Source: Harriotta raleighana (Eukaryota). From it: DNA of 64,000 nt. Shown here in pieces: positions 56,324 through 64,000 of the stretch (position 1 is its first letter; each line of letters starts with the position of its first letter). The notes beneath the pieces were generated by a model. The model searched no databases. It saw only the letters and a list, made by a program, of their open reading frames with translations, and was not told the DNA's origin. The translations under genes and the position numbers were made by a program. Location of the stretch: assembly GCA_050575255.1 (NCBI GenBank), contig JBNZDD010013602.1:96333-160332 (forward strand), read 5' to 3'.

Positions 56324-57111
56324 CAGGCATCAAATAAGTAGAGGTTTAATTGCTAAAAGAATGGGACAAATAAATATTCTTGCTACTGTTATTTCTGCAA
56401 CATTACGCAGTCAGAGCAAGGTGTTTCAAATAGGTTGGATTATATTAAAACTGCCTGGTTTTGTTTAGTTTCTCCAAACTTTATTGATTTTCTAGCTCAA
56501 ACACATTTCTGGGATGAGGTGTTTCTGGTCTGAATGTCTTGGTTTTTCTTCTAACACCAATCCTCCGTGTGGTTCTTTACCATGTGGGACTATGGTTGAT
56601 TCACTTCTAGATGCAAAGTGCATGTGGTCCATGAGGGTTTCCTTAAACCACATTGCTTCTCTCTGTTTGAGTTTCTTTGCTCCTTGTCTCTATCAAGCCT
56701 AATGTTCTGCCTGCTTTGCTGATGGCCTTTGAGTTTTGTAATAGTCACATTAATTAACTTTACACTTGCGATTCTGAGCTCCGCTTCAATATTTTCTTAT
56801 CATTTTATATATTGAAGGATTAGCCAGTATATGTTCTATATTATAAACAATGTATTAGCCAGTATCTAAGTGTTGCATCATCCATCCATCAGTCTCCAAC
56901 AAACACATGCCACTCTACCAGGGAGCCTTTTGTACTGTGTTCCAGATACTGTATCCTTGTTTTTTTTCTCAGGATATATCTTCACTCCAAGGAAAAAGAG
57001 CTCAGTGACTATTTTTCCAGTTTATTTGTTAAAACTTGTTTAAATGCAGTATACGTTTATATAATAATAATAATCGTTGCATTTGATGTAGCGCTTTTCA
57101 CATCTTATCGN

Positions 57112-60100
57112 CTTAGCGTCCTCACATTGGGATTATGTCTGAAAGTACTTCACAGAATAATCTGTAAAGTGCAGTGATTGTATGTTTCACAAACAACTAT
57201 GAAATGAGTGATCAATTTTATTTGGAGGCTTTGTTGGCCAGGATATCGGGAGAAATTCTCATCTCTTTTCAAATAATGTCATGCGATCTTTAATGTACAT
57301 CCTGACAGACCGGACCTTGGTTTAACGTCTCATTTATTAGAAGTTAAACATTAGAGGTGCAGTCTATTCCATGTGATTAAACTGCAGCCCCATTAATATT
57401 TATCACTCAAAGAACTAAAGTACATGTACAATATTTAGAAAACTCTTACTTGTCAGATATTTTATGCTGAATTACTAGCTTTATTTCACAAGTGGAAGAA
57501 AATATTATACAGTACTGTACATATTTGTACATGTTCTACACTCATAATGTACCATTCACATTAAACAAGTTTAATATTGTTTCAAGACCCTCTCTCTAGT
57601 TTCCACTGTTTTAACAAATACTTGCATTTAGTTCATTCATTTTAAATTGTTATAGTTTTTTAAAATACATAAACCTTTATAGACCTGTTAACAAATATAA
57701 ACATTTAATTGTTGTTTGCAGGATTGATGAGTATGCCATCCTTTAAGATTTTTCATTTAAAAAATACTGAATATTCACTAATGACTCCAACAACAATTGG
57801 TGCAACGCATGTAGAATTGAAAAACCCAATCTTTTCTCTCATGGGTGTCATATGGACCTACGCATCGGCTTTGTTTCCAATTCACACTGTGGGAATCATT
57901 TATCAAACACTGACTGCTGCAGATGTAACGCTCCATGTCTACATTTTACCAAATGACTTATCAATACTGAAGGTAATTTTCTTATTTTAAAGCCAGTCTT
58001 CTATGACAATAATATGCATATTCAGACTCTGATTTAGTGGATTGAGGATCCAAGCCTCAACACTTGGAATCAAATGGTCGAATCTTACATTCCAATCTCG
58101 ACAACGTGATATGGCACTATATCAAATGCAAGGATTATTATTTGTTATATCTTGTTCTAGACAGTTCAGATGCAGGAAGCAAATTCTGTAAAAATTGAAA
58201 AGCCTCCACAGATCAATTCATTGCATTATCGCCGATTTTATTCACTGCAAAGCCCCTCTGGTGTTGAAATTACTCCATCAGTAAGTACTACCATATCCTA
58301 CTTTGATACTAAATTCTCCATTGTTTCTTGAACCAATTCCCCCACAAATCATTGCCCTCTTTGTTTTCCAGGCTATAAGTCTGCATTACCTAAGCTGTAA
58401 GCAACAACAACAGTACTATGAAGTGTATTGTGAAGATCAGATTACCAACATTGAGTTAAAACTGACTAAGATAAAAAAGACGGATGCTTTGTGGACAGTT
58501 TTGTTGAGAAAAAGTAAGTATTAGATATTCGAACACTGTAGAAACATTACAAACTTATAATTAATGTTAAAACGCTAAATCAGAAGCCGCAATTATAGTT
58601 GACTCCCAGAGTGAGCCACTGCTTGCTATCGATTGTCATCATCATCAAAGAGGTCTTCAAACTCATTAAAGAAATCTGCAACATAGCTTTCTCATTGGCT
58701 CCAAAGTCAATTAGAAGCTTTAAACTTCCTCCAACCTCATCCAGGTCCACACACTGGCATGCGCTATCAGGGAACACCTCATTCACTGTCATTGCTCAAT
58801 TCAAATGGCCTTCCCTCAGAGATCAGAGAACTTTAAGAAGTCTCGAATAAAAGCCACACCTTTCAATTTTCAAACTGCTGCACAATACCGCTAGACATTT
58901 ATTACTATGCCTTAACTACTGTGTCTTTTGATTCCACTTAGATGATCTTCGCAAGCAAGTTATAATAAGAGGTAGATATTTTTCACAACATACTTCAAAT
59001 TAATTGTTGTTACAAGTTAGTAAATAATTATTCCGACTAGTGCAAAGATAAAGACCAGACGCAATAAATAGTCAAAGAGAAAGTGAGAAATTGCCTGTGA
59101 GGAGTCAAAAGATTGAATTGGATGAAGAAGCCACTTCAGTTGATCTGATCTCTACCTTCCAGAACACTCCTACTATTCCCTATTGCAGCATTAAGTAGAT
59201 TTTTAAATCAGTTCAGCATCTACCCTCTAGCATCCGGAGAACTTTTCCAGTTATTCATAGTCTCTGATCAATAAAAAACTTCTGTGGCAATGGTCGTGAA
59301 ATTACTCTTTAGATCTAGACCCACCAACCACTAATTGGCTTTATAAATAAAGTAACTGTTTATTAGTATCAATATTCAACAATAAATCAAATTTATTGTT
59401 TTTATGGATAAAATCCCCAAACCAAATTTTTTTGTGGATCAGAAACTATCTTTATTGGTTCTTAAATATATTTGCATCTTCAGTGAAAGCCAAACCAAAT
59501 TTATTTATCTTATGTATCTTTAGCTACATCACTCATGTGTAAAGTAGGCAACATATTTGTAGTCATGATGAATGAATAGCCTTTTACTTAAATTCTGTAA
59601 ATTTTCCCTTTTCTTCAGGTGTGCCTGAAGAAAGCATAGAGGGTAAGTCCAAATATATCACCAAATAATCTTTTGAAGAATCTGTACATCAAACCATCTA
59701 TCTCTCCACCTATCTAATATTTTACCACGTATGCATTCTAGCAGAGGTAACTTGATGGAGATGAGTGTCTCCACTTCCCCCAACACTCTTCCCCCTCCCC
59801 CCCTTAAACCGAGAGCAATTCGAATACCCCAGAAATTAGCTATTTTGAATCATCCAATTGTGACAAAGATTCAGAAAGGTTATGACACCAAACAAATAAA
59901 ATCAAATACAAATGAAGAATAAAACTAATATGATAGAAATGCTTTATTTTGACTGCATATGGCTAGTTCAGGATGTTCTGAGTTACATGCAGAAACTATC
60001 TCTAATACAAAACTATTTCTACAGCTGTGGAGTTTGTGAAGCGGCATAGGAGAAACATCATTGAGAGACTTGGAGTAATTGACCCTATCCTTAGACATTT

Positions 60101-61050
60101 GTTCCAAGTAAATGTGATCAACGAGGATGAACAGGAGAAAATTATTTCCACAACAACAAGATCAGAAAGGAATCAAGCACTGATGCAAATAGTAATGAGC
60201 AAAGGAACATGTGCCCAAAAGGAGCTTTACAGAGCAATGGAGAAAAATGATCCCTACTTTGTACAGGATCTTAAAGAAAATCAGTAACAGGCATCAAATA
60301 AGTAGAGGTTTAATTGCTAAAAGAATGGGACAAATAAATATTCTTGCTACTGTTATTTCTGCAACATTACGCAGTCAGAGCAAGGTGTTTCAAATAGGTT
60401 GGATTATATTAAAACTGCCTGGTTTTGTTTAGTTTCTCCAAACTTTATTGATTTTCTAGCTCAAACACATTTCTGGGATGAGGTGTTTCTGGTCTGAATG
60501 TCTTGGTTTTTCTTCTAACACCAATCCTCCGTGTGGTTCTTTACCATGTGGGACTATGGTTGATTCACTTCTAGATGCAAAGTGCATGTGGTCCATGAGG
60601 GTTTCCTTAAACCACATTGCTTCTCTCTGTTTGAGTTTCTTTGCTCCTTGTCTCTATCAAGCCTAATGTTCTGCCTGCTTTGCTGATGGCCTTTGAGTTT
60701 TGTAATAGTCACATTAATTAACTTTACACTTGCGATTCTGAGCTCCGCTTCAATATTTTCTTATCATTTTATATATTGAAGGATTAGCCAGTATATGTTC
60801 TATATTATAAACAATGTATTAGCCAGTATCTAAGTGTTGCATCATCCATCCATCAGTCTCCAACAAACACATGCCACTCTACCAGGGAGCCTTTTGTACT
60901 GTGTTCCAGATACTGTATCCTTGTTTTTTTTCTCAGGATATATCTTCACTCCAAGGAAAAAGAGCTCAGTGACTATTTTTCCAGTTTATTTGTTAAAACT
61001 TGTTTAAATGCAGTATACGTTTATATAATAATAATAATCGTTGCATTTGA
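57112..61050 (+). repeat. Near-identical second copy of the 3' half of gene D (alternate haplotype or very recent tandem duplicate)
   Basis: Starts right after an n at 57111 and matches ~53130-57110. Intact exons at 57722-57972, 58161-58280, 58372-58513, 58942-58971, 59619-59642 and 60025-60287. Confidence 0.85.
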
Positions 61051-61215
61051 TGTAGCGCTTTTCACATCTTATCGACGTGCCCAAAGCGCTTCACAGAATA
61101 TATTGAAAAAGTGAATCGACTGTATAGTTTTGGGGCGGAATGTACATTCATACATATGTGTGCATAAATATGTTTATTTTCTATTACTGTATTACTTCTC
61201 AGGAGATTAAGTGTA

Positions 61216-61936
61216 CAGGCAGTCCTCAAGTTACGTCCGGGTTAGGTTCCTAAGATGTGGTGTAAGTCGAATTTGTATGTAAGTCGAGTCACCCCCCCTA
61301 TAATGCTTACAGTAACATACAGTGATTGGTTGTAGTGTATAGTGGGCTGCCCTCTCTCCCCTGCACCCCTCCTAATATGTACAGTACTGTAAATAAAATA
61401 AAATATTACTATACTTACATGGCTTCATTGTGAGCTTGACACACGATGTAGCGCAACACAGGAGATCACACGCGAAGTAGCGCAACACAGATCACATGCG
61501 ACATAGCGCAACACAGATCACATGCGACTTAGCGCAATGCAGATCACATGTGACGTAGCGCAACGCAGATCACATGTGACGTAGCGCAACGAAGATCATA
61601 TGTGACATAGCGCAACGCAGATCACATGTGACGTAGCGCACCGTCTAAAGGCTGGAGAGTACTGTCCCGCCGAGCTCACAGACTCACACAGTACCTGTAC
61701 AGTACACTCTCGCGTCTCGCCTCCATCCTGTTCCTGTCCCGAACGCGTATTGTGGTCCTGTAAGTGTTGAGAGCGGTGACTCCAGTTTTCNATCGCGCGT
61801 GGGGCAACTAAAGTATTTACATAGTAGTGTCGTAACTTCGAGAACTTGGATGTAACTCGGACGTAATTTTACTGATTTTAAGTGTCGTAACTTTGAATTG
61901 TCGTACCTCGAAACGTCGTAACTAGAGGACTGCCTG
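61216..61936. mobile_element. Tc1/mariner (Tigger-like) non-autonomous DNA transposon
   Basis: TIRs caggcagtcctcaagttacg / cgtaactagaggactgcctg with TA TSD; the paralogous empty site gtgTAttgaagaac is at 42771-42784. Confidence 0.85.
61446..61640. repeat. ~26-bp minisatellite (tagcgcaacgcagatcacatgtgacg), about 7 copies, inside the MITE
   Basis: Direct tandem repeats visible in the sequence. Confidence 0.85.
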
Positions 61937-62324
61937 TATTGAAGAACAAAGGTGCTACTGCGTACTGTACTTCCAGATGATGTGAGAAGTAAACATACTT
62001 TTTTTTCCCAATTTGTGGTGATAATAATCTGCCCATCGTGTCAGTGTCGACTCTTTTAAAAGTGCTGTCGAAATCCACCCCCACTCTCCCCGCTTTCTCT
62101 CCACAGCCCGGCCTCCCCACGCTGGGGGGCCTGGCCACCGACTGACAAGCGCCTCGGGACGTCCTCCCAACGCTCTACCAATGCAATGTGGTCGTTCTAT
62201 CCTATTTATAAACCCTCGTAATCCCGTATTAACACCCTTTTGACGACCCGTCCTGCCACCACCATCAACGACCGACTGAACTGACCTGGAGAAATTCTTT
62301 CAAATGATTTCTTCTTCAGGTTTC

Positions 62325-62530
62325 GGAAATTCCCGCCTTTAGTGCCCTGCGCCTGCGCTGTGAGGCGCCGCTGTGGTGCATGACGCGATCACGGGCGGGC
62401 TGGGGGAAGGAGGGGAGGGGGGAGGGGGTGGGGGTGTGGGCGCTAAGACCTGTGGGAAATGTCGTTTCTAACTCAGGCGCGGTTCTCCGCTTCAGTCAAG
62501 CGGGAGCGCACTACAACTCCCAGAAGTCTG
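62325..62530 (+). promoter_or_regulatory. CpG-island promoter of ACYP1 with kB-like, NRF1-like and ZNF143/THAP11-type motifs
   Basis: GGAAATTCCC (reverse GGGAATTTCC) at 62325-62334, TGCGCCTGCGC at ~62348 and ACTACAACTCCCAGAAG at 62510-62526. Confidence 0.6.
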
Positions 62531-62581
62531 TGCCGCAAAGGGCCTACAAGTTCCCCCCCCTCCCACCACCAAGTCCCCCGG

Positions 62582-62974
62582 ATGTGGCGGTTGCTGTGGC
62601 GCGGCGCGAGCGTCCCCCTCCAGGCTGTTGCTAGGGCGACCCGGCACTTCGCTTGGGCGCCAGCCATGTCGTCGTCCGCCGGCCCAAATGTCTTGGTGTC
62701 GTCGAATTACGAGGTGTTCGGGAGGGTCCAGGGGGTGTTTTTCCGCAAGCACACGGAGAAGGAAGCCAAGCGCCTGGGCCTGAGGGGCTGGGTGAAGAAC
62801 ACGCCGCGGGGCACGGTGCAGGGGCAGCTGCAGGGCTCCGAGGAAAATGTCCGCATCATGAAGGCCTGGCTCCGCAACACGGGCAGCCCCAGCTCCAAGA
62901 TAGAGAAGGTGCAGTTCAGCGACGAGAGGCGCATCCCACAACTCGAGCACTCGGACTTCCGAATCGTCAAATAA
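62582..62974 (+). CDS. ACYP1: Acylphosphatase, ACYP1-like, single coding exon; alternative ATG at 62666
   Basis: [16 protein letters not shown]...[20 protein letters not shown]...GSPSSKIEK...SDFRIVK; FFRKHT and the terminal IVK resemble ACYP1 rather than ACYP2. Confidence 0.9.
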   Translation: MWRLLWRGASVPLQAVARATRHFAWAPAMSSSAGPNVLVSSNYEVFGRVQGVFFRKHTEKEAKRLGLRGWVKNTPRGTVQGQLQGSEENVRIMKAWLRNTGSPSSKIEKVQFSDERRIPQLEHSDFRIVK

Positions 62975-63059
62975 ATGCCCCACTGCCCGCCCGCTCGTCC
63001 TGAGATTTAAACACCCGACACCATCCTCTCCCCCCCCCCCTACCAGCCCCCAACCACCA

Positions 63060-63670
63060 CCCCAGGATATGTATTGAGGATAAACACCCCCCCACCCCGC
63101 GCCCACCACAGGAAAAAGATTCAGGATAAACACTCGACCCTCTCCAGGTTATGGACTGAGGATAAACGCCCGACCCTCTCCAGGTTATGGACTGAGGATA
63201 AACACCCGACCCCCTCCAGGATATGGATTGAGGATAAACACCCGACCCCCACCCCCGCCGCCTCGAGATATGGATTGAGAATAAACACCCGACCCCCTCC
63301 AGGATATGGACTGAGAATAAACACCCTACTCCCAGGTTATGGACTGAGAATAAACACCCGACCTCCAGAATATGGACTGAGAATAAACGCCCAACACACA
63401 GGCTGATGTTAAAACACCCGATCTCGGGATATGGACTGCGATTAAACACCCGAACCCAGGTTATGTATAGCCTGATATGGATTGAGAATAAATACCCGAC
63501 TCTGGATAAGGACTGGTAATNTGATCTCGGGATATGGACTGCGATTAAACACCCGAACCCAGGTTATGTATAACCTGATATGGATTGAGAATAAATACCC
63601 GACTCTGGATAAGGACTGGTAATCAACACCTGAGCTCCAGGGTATGCCCTAATATTAAACACCCGGCCAG
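63060..63670. repeat. ~37-39-bp minisatellite (ggatatggactgagaataaacacccgaccccctcca)
   Basis: More than 10 degenerate tandem units downstream of ACYP1. Confidence 0.85.
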
Positions 63671-64000
63671 TATATGAACAGATTGATGTGAAACGCCACG
63701 TTGCTGCTCCTTCTTCTTCTTCTCGATATACCAGGAGAAGTTTACCTGATAATCAACCGATAATCAATACCTCGACTGAAAAAAAAAGAATTGATTTGTT
63801 GCTTCCCGGGTTATTTTCCTGCTTCTGCTGCAAATCTCAGCAGCACCGAATGCTGAATCTGTCGGGAGAGCCCCTCATCCCCGGTGTTGTTGTATTTGTC
63901 TCTCTCTGGTCCCTCGGGTCTGCCTCGAATTGCTGGCTATGCCTCACCAACTGCTGATCAGTATTTCCTGGATTAACAATTCTCTTTTGTGTCCCGATTC

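Noticed and set aside
56514-56702. Conserved Cys-rich small ORF after the CARD stop (also ~42155-42343 and 60478-60666)
   Set aside because: It lies in the 3' UTR of recent duplicates, and the gene C copy lacks the same ATG; conservation is explained by duplication.
363-60287. Calling these genes NLRP1 or CARD8 orthologues
   Set aside because: No NACHT/LRR exons were seen, and orthology needs a phylogeny; gene symbols were left blank.
62492-63449. Long antisense and alternative-frame ORFs over ACYP1 and the minisatellite
   Set aside because: Shadow ORFs caused by high GC and tandem repeats.
61446-63670. CRISPR-like repeat arrays
   Set aside because: Head-to-tail minisatellites without unique spacers, in a eukaryotic genome, with no cas genes.

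Overview
Eukaryotic genomic DNA, intron-rich. The repeat content suggests a cartilaginous fish (inference). About 60 kb is a tandem/inverted cluster of NACHT-less FIIND (ZU5-UPA)-CARD genes of the CARD8/NLRP1 C-terminal type, reconstructed by hand from GT-AG exons with consistent phases. Gene A (+, 363-21884): UBL, FIIND1 with intact autoproteolysis residues, a ~500-aa linker of symmetric micro-exons with LC8-type TQT motifs, FIIND2 with a degenerate catalytic site, CARD, then a C-terminal transmembrane tail. Gene B (-, 28653-22996): short basic N-terminus-FIIND-CARD. Gene C (+, 33366-42136): UBL-FIIND-CARD. Gene D (+, 45822-56323): UBL-UBL-FIIND-CARD. A near-identical second copy of gene D's 3' half lies at 57112-61050. 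The candidate novel system is a family of inflammasome-type sensors with ubiquitin/ISG15/FAT10-like domains fused upstream of a self-cleaving FIIND-CARD. An intronless ACYP1-like acylphosphatase closes the cluster. LINE fragments, two Tc1/mariner-type MITEs, a hammerhead-like motif, minisatellites and assembly-gap duplications are also present. Exon models are predictions without transcript evidence, and novelty was not checked against any database.
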